Part shown: piece after piece, positions 25,984-41,759 of the stretch
How the letters are laid out: every line of letters starts with the position of its first letter
Numbering within the stretch: the first letter of the stretch is position 1
Source: Octopus vulgaris
Taxonomy: Eukaryota
Direction of reading: 5' to 3'
DNA: 64,000 nucleotides
Assembly (NCBI GenBank): GCA_951406725.2
Contig: OX597818.1
Coordinates: 88,536,001 to 88,600,000 of the forward strand
Program-made: the position numbers and the translations under genes
The notes under the pieces: generated by a model
What the model was told of the DNA's origin: nothing
What the model saw: the letters and a program-made list of their open reading frames with translations, nothing else
Database searches by the model: none

Positions 25984-27192
25984 GATTCACAATCAAATGT
26001 GCATTAATGGCGTGTTCTGAATGAATAAGGTGACATAATTCAATGGTAGAGAGAGATCCATGAATCAGGTACTCCAAATAAGTCGGAAGGACGGGGACCG
26101 TGTGAGCGTGCAGTAAATAGTCAATTCATAAAACAGAGAAAAAACACAAAAGAAAAACGCACAAACAAACGTGATGACGTAGTACAAGCAATGTATTAAT
26201 ATGACGCTTGGAGAAGGAAGAGAGTAGTTGTTTTACGTTTCGAGTGTAGCTCTTCTTTGGAAACAGGAAAAACAACAAAGTTCAAAGGCAAAAAGAGGAA
26301 GGAGGAAAAAATCGTCAACAGTCCACGCGCGGTTACATTTCTGAAGTGACTGGAATTAGGAGGAGGAAGGAAAGTGATTTTACGGATAGGAGAGTGTGAA
26401 GATGGTCGATGTGTGTGTGTGTGTAGTAACGTGTGTATGTGGCAGTAACTGCATGTGTGTGTGTGCGTGGTAATCTGTGTGCGTATGGTGGTAACTGTGT
26501 GTGCAACACCCTAACCACTAGCTTGCGAGATCGGGTGCTGCATGGCGTTTTTGAGCTAAGCACTTCATTTCACGTTGATCCTTGACCGTTTTGTCATCTG
26601 ATATGTGGCACACGGTTCACCTGTAGAGGTAATATCGATTTGATGGGATGGGGGTGAGCTTACGTGTACACAAACATTTGATCACTATAAACAAATCATC
26701 TGTGTAGTTGTTCGGCGAGAAATTGCCGAGCTCTCATGCGTCGTCTAACGACGGTAGAATCCATGATAGAGTCCATAGAATTTTGTAATCACTTGGCGAA
26801 TTCAATACCGAGGCTTTGTTCAGCCATTATTAAGAATAAAGGTTATCGCACAAAGTACTAATCTGTATTTCGGTCTTGTTGCTCATTTTTGCTACAATCT
26901 TAAGCTTTAAATAAAATTATAATGATATGGTCTTAAACTAATTTTGCCGGTAAATTTAAACGTTTATATTAATTTAGCATTAGAATTCTTCAAGTTGTAT
27001 AAAATACTCCAGCATGGCCGCAGTCAAATGACTGAAACAAGTAAAAGAGTAAAAGAGAGAGTCTGCATTATTCGAAAGAGAAATAAATTCTGCATAAGAT
27101 GTAAAAGATAAAAATAATTTGTATGGTGTTAGCAACAAAATATTTTGTAAGAAATTGAACTTTTATCATGGGTCTTAAATTTATTTTCACCA

Positions 27193-27281
<89 letters not shown>

Positions 27282-27320
27282 AAGAGATACATGTGTGTGT
27301 GTGAGTGTGTGTGTGAGTAC

Positions 27321-27421
<101 letters not shown>

Positions 27422-27454
27422 AAGAAGAAGAAGAAGAATATGAAGAAGAATAAG

Positions 27455-28145
27455 AATTTCTAATATAGACACAAGGTCTGATATTTTGTGGGGAGGGAAC
27501 AAGTCGACTACATCGATCCCAGTGTTTGACTGGTACTTTATTTATCGGCACCGCAAGGATAAAAGGCAAAGTGGACCTTGACGGAATCGAACTCAGATCG
27601 TAGCGACAGGCGAAATACCGCTAAGCATTTTACCCGGCATGCTAACGATTCTGCCAGCTAGCCTCCTTAATAATAATAATCCTTTCTACTAAAGGTACGA
27701 GACCTGGGTCTTGTGAGGAGGGGGACAGCTGATCACCTCGACCCCAGTATTTCACTGGTACTTGATTTATCAACCTCAAAAAGATGAAAAACAAAGTCAA
27801 CCTTGGTGGAATTTGAACTCAGATCGGAGCGACGGGTGAAATACCGCTAAAGCATTTCTTCCAGTGCACTTACGATTCTGCCAGCTCACCGCTCTAATGA
27901 TGATGATGATGATGATGATGATAATAATAAATAATAATAATAGTTTCAAATTTTGCCACAAGTGCAGCAATTTTGGGGAAGGGGAGGGATGGGTCGATTA
28001 CATCGACTTCGAGCATTCAACTGGTACTTATTTTATCGACCCCGAAAGGATGGAAGGCAAAATCGACCTCGGTGGAATTTGAACTCAGAATGTAAAGATT
28101 CGGAAGCAATACTGCCGAATGCTTTGTCGGTTCTGCCGACTATTC
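27455..28145 (-). mobile_element. Three SINE family 2 copies separated by (TAA)/(TGA) tracts
   Basis: Repeated ATCGACCCC...ACTGGTACTT...GGAATTTGAACTCAGA...TTCTGCCAGCT. Confidence 0.85.
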
Positions 28146-28859
28146 TGTAAACTCCAATGCAATTCTAACAGTGAATCCTGGAAATAGAAATCTAAATCTT
28201 AGTGTCAGTGAGATGAAAAAGCCAAGCAACTGTCTTAACTCAAATCCATGAAGAACGAAAATGGAAAAGAAAAAAGAAAAAAAAGAGTGATAGATATTGG
28301 TATCACGCTGGAAGTAAGGAAGTTCTGGAATGTTCTCATATTTCGAGCTGTTTGTCCTTCATCGAAGATAAGAATAGGGAAAAGTTTGAAAATGTTTCCG
28401 TAGTCAAAACTTGTGTGCGTTATACTGGAATCATTCTGGAAATTTAAATGGAAGAAATACGAATAAAAGATAATTAGGTTTTATATTTAAGAGAACGATA
28501 GTAAAGATGTTATGGATGAGTGGCTGTGCATAAGACGCTGTTTGAATGAATGCATGCTTAAGACAATGTATGTGTTGTGTGAGTGTGTTCGTGTGTTGTA
28601 TGTATGTAACTGTGTGGGAGATGTACGATTATGGTGTGCGTGTGTGTGTGTGTGTGTGTGTTTCGTGCATATGTTATGCATCTATCCTCGTTTATCGAGG
28701 GTGTCAGGTTCCAAAATAAAACCGAGATAAATAAATCAGCGATAAATGAATAATAGCACATATGGGGGAAATACGTTTCGTTCTCTGACTCCAAGTTTAC
28801 CTGAGTATTGTGCGATGGCCAAAGGTCGTGCTTTTGGTGTCCAAGTAGAATATTTGGTT

Positions 28860-29577
28860 GAACGCCGATCCGTGTTATTACAGATACAATCAGAAAACCA
28901 CTACTTTCAAAAACAAACGTTCCAATGTTTTTGGAGTGGAGTAAAAACCTACAGAACTGGTCCCTAGAGCAGTGGCAGAATGTTATTTTACCGGACGAGA
29001 CATCCTTTGCGTTATTTCCGACCACCGGCCGAGTATTCGTGTGGAGACAGCATTTGACCCAGACTGCCTTCTTCCAGCTGTTAAACATGGAGGAGGATCT
29101 GTGACGACCTGGTGGGAGGGGGGTATATCTTGGAAATCCGCTAGTCCATAGCGGAATTAATAGTCAAGACTAAGCATTTTATCTGATAAAATCCATGCTA
29201 TGTTTCCAGAACTGTTTCCGGGGGGAAACGCAGTCTTTCAAGATGATAATGCGCCAATTCACAGAGCAGGAGTTGTTACTGATTGGTACGAAAAACGTTC
29301 TAGTGAAGTTGAACATTTTATTTGACCACCGCAGTCCCCAGACCTCAATATTACCGAATACTTTTGGTGCATTTTAGAAAATCATGTAAGGAGTCGATAT
29401 TCTCCAACCGTCATCACTACAAGAATTGCAGACAATTTTAGCTGAAGAATGGTTAAAACTGCTTTGGAAACAATTCAAACTTTGTACGAGTCCATACCTC
29501 CCAGAATTCAAGCTGTAGTTACTGCCAAAGGCCGCCCTAACCTATGAAATAATTTTGTTTGAAATTTTAAGGTATTT

Positions 29578-29580
<3 letters not shown>
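28860..29580 (+). mobile_element. Tc1-like transposon relic with DD36E spacing
   Basis: RKPLLSK, LEWSKN..W..EQWQNVILPDETSF, VKHGGGSV, QDDNAPIH...*PPQSPDLNITE (36 residues between D and E); contains stops and frameshifts. Confidence 0.85.
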
Positions 29581-29635
<55 letters not shown>

Positions 29636-29701
29636 CATATATATATATATATATATATACATCTATATACATAAGTGTTTATATATATAAATATATATAT
29701 A

Positions 29702-29765
<64 letters not shown>

Positions 29766-29915
29766 CTTAGAAATGGTATAATACATAATTGCTCTTGTTA
29801 AGTCTCTAAATACACGTATTAGAAATTCAGTATATTGTATTTTCATTGAATATATTTGATCCACGATATATATGTATGTATGTATATGCATATATATACA
29901 CATATATAAGCATAT

Positions 29916-29946
<31 letters not shown>

Positions 29947-29960
29947 CACACATGCATATT

Positions 29961-30032
<72 letters not shown>

Positions 30033-30134
30033 GATAGATAAGTAGTTCTCAACATCTATGTATATACACACAAACACACGCGCACGCGTGCGTACACACA
30101 CACGCACACACATATACATATATATATATATATA

Positions 30135-30790
30135 CAGTGTGGGTGAAAAGAAAGTAGATATTAAAAATTGGTAATGAAAGTAAATCTTCATATTTCAACG
30201 TAAGTAGCGTCAGCCAGTTTCCTTTAAAAGGCCAGGAATGGAATAAAGGACGTCGTTTGGAATATCAATGGGAACTTCTTGAGTCCCTGTCTCCAATTCC
30301 TCCAGTGTGTGAGGTCCTGTCTTGTACACCCACAAGTAAAAATCATTTGGAGTGAGATCTGAACTTCTTGGAGTTCTGGACGTCTGGACTTCTGCGGTCA
30401 CAGTCTACGTAATGGCGCTTTCACAGGCGAAAATTCAACTCTTTATGCAACACTGTACGTATTGTATGTCTTATTAGTCCACTTTCACGAGCTGCCTGAC
30501 GTTTTGGTTTTTGCGGGCAGCGATTAAACATTTCCCGCACTATTGTCACGTTCTCCACTGATTGGGATGTGTGGTTGGACGGCCATCTCTTCTTGCACAT
30601 TTCACAGAGCCTGTAGTCAACAGCTTTGCATGACAACTTTTTTATTGTCTCCGGACGTAGTGCTGCATATTTACCTATCCACGCACGCCACCATCTCTAA
30701 ACCCAAACAATGGAATCCCACACATCATAGCTTGCTGCTAACTTAGTTCGCTCCTGGACAGTCAATCGGCCGGCCATCTGGAAAATAAGA
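30135..30790 (-). mobile_element. Internally deleted Tc1/mariner relic, rosa/DD41D-like
   Basis: Terminus TA|CAGTGTG; HTH-like ENVTIVREMFNRCPQKPKRQAARESGL..TIRTVLHKEL; PRSSDLTPNDFYLW resembles WPPRSPDLTPLDFFLW. Family assignment rests on this motif only. Confidence 0.7.
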
Positions 30791-30906
30791 AATAAGACAA
30801 TAAGACAATAAGGAAATAAAAAATCCCCATTAATGTTGTCTGTTTGATACTAAAAATTCTATAAGCAATTTCTAATGCCTACTTACGTTTCACCCATCCT
30901 CTTTGA

Positions 30907-31024
<118 letters not shown>

Positions 31025-31025
31025 G

Positions 31026-31092
<67 letters not shown>

Positions 31093-31193
31093 ATATATAT
31101 ATATACACACACACATATATATATAAACATCATATGTATATACATATATAACTTGTATGTATAAGCATACACATTTGCATATATATGTGTGTG

Positions 31194-31245
<52 letters not shown>

Positions 31246-31288
31246 CATACACACACGCAAGCACACACACATGCACACACGCACGCAC

Positions 31289-31357
<69 letters not shown>

Positions 31358-31835
31358 TGTGACTGTATTTATATGTATATCATGGAAGAACTGCGGCCGT
31401 ATGTAGATGTATAGTTACACATTCATATATAACTACGAATGTGTATATGATTCTTAATAACATTGGTGGCATCCATATTCAATGTCAGACCATATTTAAT
31501 ATTCTATCGACATGCTTTTCATAAAACTCACATTCCAAGATATTAACACATCTTTGTAGAGGCCCACATTTACGTGTTGACTGGTTGCTTTATTTTATAT
31601 TCATAGCCGCCATAGGTGTAACGGTCTGCACCGCTTTATGTAAATGTAAGACGTTTTCTGTGTGGTCGGGCGCATATGTATATTTATGTATGTGTCTACA
31701 TGTACATATGTGTGCCTGTGTTGTGTTTATGAACGAGAGAACGTCCGTGAATATGCGTCTGTATGTATAATTGTGTGGGTGTAGAATTTAGGATTTTACG
31801 TCTATAAGAATGAATATTATATAGTAAGTTAGTTT

Positions 31836-31892
<57 letters not shown>

Positions 31893-31977
31893 AAGCGTTC
31901 GCGTGTAACTGAACGTTTAAACCAGTGCAATATTTTGTCTATAACTGTGGACAAATTTACATAACACTTAAATTCGA

Positions 31978-32038
<61 letters not shown>

Positions 32039-32676
32039 GTATGTATGTATATGTATGTGTGTGTACGTTAATGTATATCTGTGTCTGCGTTTGTTCATAT
32101 ATACAATAAATAGACATATATCGCACATACATACAAACACATACATGAATATATATTTCTGTGTATACATATATATATATATATATGCGTGTGTGTATAA
32201 GTATACTTGTGTATATATCAGTGCCCATCTATCTATCTATCTATTTATACATCTATGCAAAATACAATACGTACACATGTATTCATATAAATTTATATTT
32301 ATGTGTGTAAATTATACAAAGTGATACACACACACACACATCCACACACCTATACGGGTGTCAGTGCGTATCCGTGTTAGCGTAACAATCTAGGTATGTC
32401 CGATGTGCGTGTATGCGCGTGCAAGCGTGTGTGTGTGCGTGTGCTTGTCTATGTGTGTAAGTGTAAATTCTACGACAAGTTCACACAGGTGCTCGGTGCA
32501 CTTAAACAAAGCGCTATGTTTACACATCACTTTCAATTTGTTTCACTCATTCTCATATTTTCAATGAGTGTTTGTGTATGTCTGCGTGTATGTACAGATG
32601 TGTATATGTATACATTTAGATACATATACACACACACATGAATACTTACATACATACATACATAAATACATTCATA

Positions 32677-32760
<84 letters not shown>

Positions 32761-32782
32761 TAGATACATAAATACATTCATA

Positions 32783-32904
<122 letters not shown>

Positions 32905-33619
32905 TAGAATGATAGATAGATTGATAGATAGATAGATAGATGGATATGTGTGGTTTGTGAATTTGTGAATGTATGTGATTGTGTATGTGTTTGTTTGTGT
33001 GTGTGTGTGTGTGTGTTTATGTGTATGTTTGTTTGTTTGTTGTGTTTGTGTGTGTGTGTGTGTTACCTTATTGCTAAATTTTCTACTGGGAAATAAAGCA
33101 TTACAACAGCACACACACAGATGAACAAAAAAAGAAGGAAAAAGACAGTGTATATTTGAGTGTGTGTGTGTGTGTATGTGTATGTGTATCTGACTGTGTT
33201 GGTATGTACCTGTGTGGGCGTGTATTAGTATTTGCATGTGCGTTTGTGTGTGTGTGTGTGTGTTTGTATGTATGTGTGTGGACGTGTATAAGTATTTGCA
33301 TGCGTGAATGCGTGTGTGTTCCAGTGTAAATGTGAATGTGTTTTTTTTTATTGTGTGTATATCTGCATACATTTTTGTCCGTGTATATGTGTACGTATGT
33401 GCGGGCGTGTGTGCGCGTGCGCATGTGTTTAAAAAGTGTGTGTTTATGTGTTCCCATGCATGAAAATGTACATCCATAATGAATTGTTAGAGAAATGCTA
33501 GCGTTTATCATTCAAACATTTCCATCATCTTCACACCATTTAAGTGAAATATTAGTCACGTAAAACCACATCATAAACACCTTCTTACATACACACACAC
33601 ACACACACACATATATACG

Positions 33620-33696
<77 letters not shown>

Positions 33697-33759
33697 CTAT
33701 ATATGCATACAAATATATGCACACATATTTCTAGATATATATATATGTATATATATATG

Positions 33760-33883
<124 letters not shown>

Positions 33884-33914
33884 GATAGACAGAAAAAGAT
33901 ATAGATATTTATAC

Positions 33915-33950
<36 letters not shown>

Positions 33951-34584
33951 ATGCCTGTGTGTATGTATATCTTTCGACCTATCTATCCATTTATCTCTCT
34001 ATATATGTATGTATGCATGCATGTATGTATGTATGTATGTATGTATGTATGTATGTATGTATGTAGGTATGTATGTATGTATGTATGTATGTATGCACAC
34101 GTGTACATATACTCTAATACTCACCAGAAAACCCACTCAGTTATTTGTTGCCGTAAATGCATCTCCTCAGAAAATTGCTCAACATTTAAGTGAAACAAAT
34201 GTCTCAAAATGGCGTCCAATTTAACGTGAGCGTCCACAACCCTGTTTCCGCCATTATAGCAGCAATGCTATTTGGGTGTGTTTGCAGCCCGAGGACATTA
34301 GCTGAACACTTAGCGCCAAACTAAATTCATTACTGTAATTATTTCTTATAAGATTGAAGGAGGAAGTACAAGGAGAGAAGTGGAGAGAAGGATGAGGAGA
34401 GAAAGAGGTGGTGAGAAGGAGGAGGGTGAAAGTTTGAGGATGATAAGTGGTGGGGAGGATGTATCTTTGTGGGAGAGAGATAAATGGTTGTTTTGAATGT
34501 GAAATGCGGACGTTACACTCACCTATATTTGTTTTGTTTGTACGTGTATAGTAAAAGAATTGATGTATATATGTATGCATATAT

Positions 34585-34620
<36 letters not shown>

Positions 34621-34773
34621 ATGTATGTATATGTGTGTATGCATGTATATGTGTGTATATATGTATATGTGTGTATGTATGTTTCTATGTATATATGTGT
34701 ACATATATCTTGGTAGAGACTAACGTACGTACGTCTGTTTGCATGTATGTATCTATATATGTATGCGTGCTTT

Positions 34774-34820
<47 letters not shown>

Positions 34821-36099
34821 CTATGCGTGCATGTATGTATGCATATGTGTATGTATGCATGTATGTATATTTGCATGAATGAATGTATGTATCTACGTAC
34901 GTATGTATGTACGTACGTGCCAATGTATGTATGTATGTATGTATGTATGTATGTATGTACGTATATATGTATGTATGCATGCATATATGCATGTACGTAT
35001 GTATGTGTATGTGTGTGTATGTATGTGTACATGTGCGTATGTGTACGAGAGTATGAATGTGTTTGTATGTTTGGCTGCTTGTGTATGTGGGAGTTTGTTA
35101 GTGCTTGTGTGTGTTTGTGTAATTTGTGCGCGTGTTTGATGATTGAGTGTTGTGTGTAGATGCATGTGATCCCACTTTGTAACTGTAAAATTGTTTGTGT
35201 GTGTCTGTGAGTGAGTGTGTGTATGTGTGTGTGTGTATGTGTGTGTGTAAGTATGTATTATAAAAACATGTCTTTCGGACTTTATTTGTCGAAATTTTTA
35301 TGGATGGCGAAATAGCCATTTTGTAAGCTAGTAACAAAACATTTTATCTGAATTTCGGACATCATCAACATGCTAGTCTTTTAAGTGTGTATGTTCCTTT
35401 ATAATCATAAGTATCTAAAGTTTTCTTGAATGAGAGGAGATAGTCTCTAACATACAACGCTCCATCGTTAGAATGTATATAACATAAACAATATCACGTA
35501 GTGAACTTGAGAAAAGTTTCACACACTTTTACTGTTCTGCTTACAGATTGTGCTTGTAAGCAAGTTGGTTTATTTTTCTGAGAGACTAAGCATCTCCAGT
35601 GTTATGAAATATATTGCTAATCATTGCCGAACCATAAATGATTACGGTGATGAAGATAAGTCCTGACCACAGCTATTTTCTTGAGTTGGGTTATATTAAG
35701 GACGTTTGATCGGCTGAATTCCCTTTTTAACTCCTCCTGCTTATAAGGTGACTAAAATGTTTTACTCCAACGGTTCTGTAGTTCGAATATATGTGCAGTC
35801 GATGTTTGTAATGATAGCAGAGTGATGTCTGAAAAAAATATCGATGTCTTTTGTATGATGTAACACACGCGTTATGAATAAAGCACAATGCTATTGAAAC
35901 ATATGTAGACATATGTTGCACGGATTGAACTGCTAGTGACTCCTTTCGAAACTTTGGAGTCTCCACTCCCTTCAGCAAATTCACTGTACTCTTTTTATTG
36001 ATTCTATTATATGTTTGGCCGACGCAGACCAACACAAGACGCTTTGACATCAGGTTGATCATACAGATATGTGTGTATGTGTGTGTAAAGCTAGATAAG

Positions 36100-36158
<59 letters not shown>

Positions 36159-36173
36159 CTAGGTATATAGATA

Positions 36174-36242
<69 letters not shown>

Positions 36243-36333
36243 GTAAAAAGACAAACTGGGACAAGAACGCACAACATTTAGAAGACGATACAAAAAACAC
36301 GGACGGGACATTCGAAACCTTCAATCTTCAGTC

Positions 36334-36412
<79 letters not shown>

Positions 36413-36527
36413 CAGACGCACACATAGAAAGAAAATATCTTAAACACATGCACGCTAGAAAGAGCCCACATGCTCAGATACACACTCAGGTAGCCACACT
36501 TACACACACATGCAATCACTCTCATTT

Positions 36528-36616
<89 letters not shown>

Positions 36617-36739
36617 CACAGTTGACTGACCAATTAAAGTGTAATTTCACAAATGTCGGAATCAGTTCCAAAAAGACAGCTTTTCCGGACAGCTGCGGAC
36701 ACAAGTGGACACTTCTCTAGGACAGTCAGAATACCATCT

Positions 36740-37504
36740 CTGCCGACGATGATTCTACTGCTGCTGCTGCTACTGCCACTGCTGATTCTGCAATTGCTGT
36801 TGCAGCTGCTGCTGCTGCTGCTGATGATGATGCTGTTACTGCCGCTGTTGCTGCTGTTATTGTTGTTGCTGCTGATGATGATCTTGTTGTTGCTATTACT
36901 GCTGCTGCTGCTGCTTCTGATGATGTCGATGATGATGATGGTGTTGATGTTTATTGCAGTTGTTTGGGTTATAGTTTTTTATGGTTATAAACGATGGTTG
37001 TCGTGTTTTGCAGTTTTTATTAGCGTTGTCATGACAACCGTTGTTGTTGTTGTTGTTGTTGTTGTTGCTGATGGTGGGCTTTGTGATGACGGTGGTGGTG
37101 GGGCTGATGTTTGCGGTGATGGTGGAGTCGTGGTCGTGACGGCGTGCGGTGCTTGTAGTTGTGGCTGTAGTTGTGGTGGTGAGGAATGTAGTTGAGGTTG
37201 TTGTGGTTGTGATGCGGGTGGTGGTGGAGGATGCAGTGAGAATGTTGTGGAGGAGGAGGCTTTCTCGAAAGGTGGGCCACACCACTGAAAACTTCATGGT
37301 AATTTTTCGTTTAGGCTTGCCATTCAGGGAGTCCCGTGGACCGCAGTTTTCCTGTGTCACGTTTATAGCTTTATCTACTTCGAGTTCCGTCGTTAGAATT
37401 AATTTACTTCGCATCTTGTGATGATGACCATGTAACTATGAGGACGAAATGGACGACCGAGCTGCTGCTGATGGTGGTGAAGATGATGGTGGCGATGACG
37501 ATGA

Positions 37505-37538
<34 letters not shown>

Positions 37539-37900
37539 GGTGATGGTGGTGGTGGTGGTGGTGGTGGTAGTGGTTGTGTCGATGGCGGTGGTCGCGATGT
37601 TGATGGTGATGGTGGCGATGTTGATGATGATGCTGATGATGGTGGTGGTGGTGGTGGTGGTGGTGGTGGTGATGATGATGTTGATGATGATGATGGTGGC
37701 GGTGTTGATGATGATGATGATAATGATGGTGGTGATGATGGTGATGGTGGCGGTGGAGGTAGCCGTGCCGGTGGGCGTGTAGTGGTTTTGGTGGTTGTGG
37801 TGGTAATGGTGGTGCGGGGGCTGAAGGTCGGGGATGGAAATGGTGAAGGAAAAGCACTACGTCTTCTGTCTCCAGCATCACCATTGCCACCATCAACATC
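36740..37900. repeat. Trinucleotide low-complexity island (CTG/GTT/GGT/GAT)
   Basis: Degenerate triplet arrays. Confidence 0.85.
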
Positions 37901-39051
37901 TTAACCATAAAGGAAACAAATTGCCATGGAATCAAATCAAAAAGACAAAAATGCAATGATATATGGTGATTCATAGACAGACAAATGATGAGAGGAAACA
38001 TTGCGAAACGTCGTAAATTAAAAGAAAGACACAGAGATGGAAATAATATTCTAGAAAGTTAGCTATACAAATAGCAGCGGAGACGGTGGTGATTGTGCTG
38101 GAAGTAGGAGGAGACGTTATTGGCGGTGAGAGTGCTGCAACATGCAGAGGTGTGTGGTGGTGTCACATGACCGGAAGGATTGTCTCATAATTTTAGACTG
38201 TTCATAATAACCACTGGAGTCTGTTATAGGCCGACTATGGGCTTCCATGGAATTTAATCTGAGTCTTGTACAGCCATGTGATTTACGGCCCCAAAGGCAA
38301 CCATAAGAACAACAACAAGCATAACAACAGCAATAACGATAATAACAGCAGTCACGACAACAAATGCAAGAAACGAATCAAATGACAAATACAATAACTG
38401 TAATTGCGACAATTGGAACAACAACAACATCAGCAACAACTACAACAATTACAACAACTACAACAACAACAACAACAACAACGACGACACAATCGATAAC
38501 AACAAACTGACGAAACAAAACCTTGTGTCATGCTGCATAATTGTCAATCGAAACAGGTGTCGGGGGAGGGCAGATGGAAGGCTGTAGTGAAACGTAGGAA
38601 GTGGTGGTTGGGAGTAGGAGTAGTGTCAGAGAGTGAAGAGCGGTGAAGTAAAAATAAATGGGCGGTGGTGGTGGTGGTGGGGGGGTTGAAGACGTGGCGG
38701 AAGACAAAGAAAAACAACAATAGCAACAATGACAACAACAGGAAGAATAGCAATAACAACAACAACAACAACACTAATAATGGTATAAACAACAGCGCAT
38801 GGCTAGAGTGGGAGGTCGGTGGTGATGGGGTTGGGCTTGATGGATGGGTGGGTGGGGGTGGGGGCGACAAATGAAATAGGAAAATGGTTGTTACGAAATC
38901 AAATATTTACATATAATCATAGACTGGTATGTGTGCTTGTGTGTGTCTATGTGTGTGTGTTTGTGCGTGTGTGCGTGGGTGTACATGTGCGTGTGAGTGT
39001 GTGTATGTATGTGCACATGTGTGCGTCTATATATGCATGCATGTATGTATA

Positions 39052-39086
<35 letters not shown>

Positions 39087-39091
39087 GTATG

Positions 39092-39122
<31 letters not shown>

Positions 39123-39171
39123 TATATTCGTATATACATACTTAGATATATACATATACATACTTGCATAC

Positions 39172-39297
<126 letters not shown>

Positions 39298-39370
39298 GCT
39301 GAAAAACATTTCACAAATGCATTTTACCAAGCAAAGATGAGATTATGGTGGCAGGGAGAGTGAACGGAGG

Positions 39371-39438
<68 letters not shown>

Positions 39439-39886
39439 GGATAGATGGAGGGGTGAGGATAGGGGAGGAAGAGACAGAGAGGGAGAGACAGAGTGTGTGA
39501 GCTAGGAAGAGGATAGAAGAGTGAGATAGAATGAAATGTAGACACGCATACATATATATACGCACATACATACGTTAATCCATCCATACACACAAACATA
39601 CGTAGATCCATCCATCCATCCCCTCACGCATACATACATACATACATACATACATACATACATACATACATACATACATACATACATACATAGAGCCTTC
39701 CAGCCAGCCGTACCGATTGCCTGCCAGCCAGCCAGCCGGCCAACCTGCTAACCAGCCAAACTGATAGAGACAGGCAGTCAGGCAGATCATGCCCTTTAGG
39801 TGAACACTATTAGAGTATTGCAATGAAATGGTTTTAATTCCAAAGAAGCACATGAAGATGATGGAGCGCATCACTTCACTCTTTCA

Positions 39887-39930
<44 letters not shown>

Positions 39931-40084
39931 GTCTTTCTCTCTCTCCCTTTCTTTCTCTGTCTCTCTGCCACTCCCTCTTTCTCTCTTTCTGTCTTTCTAT
40001 CTTTGTTTCTCTCTCTCTCTCTCTCTCTCTCCGTCACTCTCAGTCTCATCCCTCTTTCTCTTTTCAAACTCCGAGTTTCTATAT

Positions 40085-40802
40085 TACACCACTACAACAG
40101 CAACCACTACCGACACCACCACCTCCACAACCGCCACCGCCGCCACCACCACCGCTGCCGCCGCCACCACCACCGCCGCCGCCACTGCCGCCACCGCCGC
40201 CACCACCACCACCACCACCACCACCACCATCACCACCACCACCACTACCATCACCACCGCCGCCACAGCTACCACCATCGCCAAGTGCACTACCACAACC
40301 ACCAAAACCACCATCCCACCAGTATCACCATAACCACCATCACCACTACCATCACCACCACCACCACCACCACCAATAAAAAACAACACCCACCACCAAC
40401 AACAACAGCAACACCAACACTACCACTCTCACAATCTCCACTACTGCAACCACCACCACCACCATCACTACCACCACCACCACCACCACTCTCACAATCT
40501 TCACCACTACAACTAACAACAACAGTACCACCAAAAGCACTACCACAACCACCACAACCACCACTTCTATAACAAACACTGCAATTTCACTTCTGACGGA
40601 CGCAATACTCTCAACAACAGCTTTTGTCAGAGTCACAAACGCAACACCACCACCTTACACCACTACCACTACACACTGTCACCACTATGACCACACTACC
40701 TTCACTCTTACCTACACCACCATCCCTACAATACATGCATACTACAACTAATACTACAACTATTTCTACCACTACTACTGTTGCTGCTGCTATTGCTAAC
40801 AA

Positions 40803-40841
<39 letters not shown>

Positions 40842-40990
40842 CTACTACTACACAACTACTACTAGTACTACGACTACAGCAACCACTCCCATCACGACCA
40901 CTGCGGCCAGTTCAAATACCACTACCATCAACACCACTATCATCAGTACTGCCACCATCTCCTCTACCACCGTCACCACCATCATGATCG

Positions 40991-41041
<51 letters not shown>

Positions 41042-41340
41042 TCATCACCATCATCACCACCACCACCGCCACTACCACCACCACCACTACCACCACCACC
41101 ACCACGAACTCCACGACCATTACCACCACCACCATCACCAACACCACCACATCACCAACACCACCAACATCGGCGGCGGCCACCACAAGCATTACAATCA
41201 CCATCACCAATTTGCATCGCCACCATGATCAGCACCACCGCCATCACCATCATCATGACCATTCCAGCCAACACCGCCACTACGAGTGCTACGACAACGA
41301 CGATGACAACCACCACCACCACCACCACCACCACCGCTGT
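40085..41340. repeat. Trinucleotide low-complexity island (CAC/CCG/ACT)
   Basis: Degenerate triplet arrays. Confidence 0.85.
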
Positions 41341-41759
41341 ATAACGTAACGCCAGAACAGCTTGCATCCGATGTCAGAAGTTGTCTATATGTAAATTAAC
41401 CGCAGCAGATGTAGTACGGTGCATACAAACACTTGACATACAATACACAAATACCACATATACACATACATACACACACCACTGCATCGAATTATCATTG
41501 TATAACGCCGACACCACAACCACCACCACCACCACCACCACACTACTACACACACCACTCTAAATATATACATACGTACATGCAAACATACACACTTGCA
41601 CACATGCATACATACATATATGATTGCAAACATGCATACATACATGTGTGTGTGTGTGTGTGTGTCACTCTTAATACAAGCATAAAGCACTCAATACATA
41701 ACCTAAAGCAAATTGTAATTACAGTGCTTTACTTTGATATGAGGCGAGAACATTTGAAT

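Noticed and set aside
36896-37414. ORF MRSKLILTTELEVDK... as a host gene
   Set aside because: Its non-repetitive start overlaps a dispersed 28 bp motif also found at 21.7 kb; the rest is triplet repeat ending in stops.
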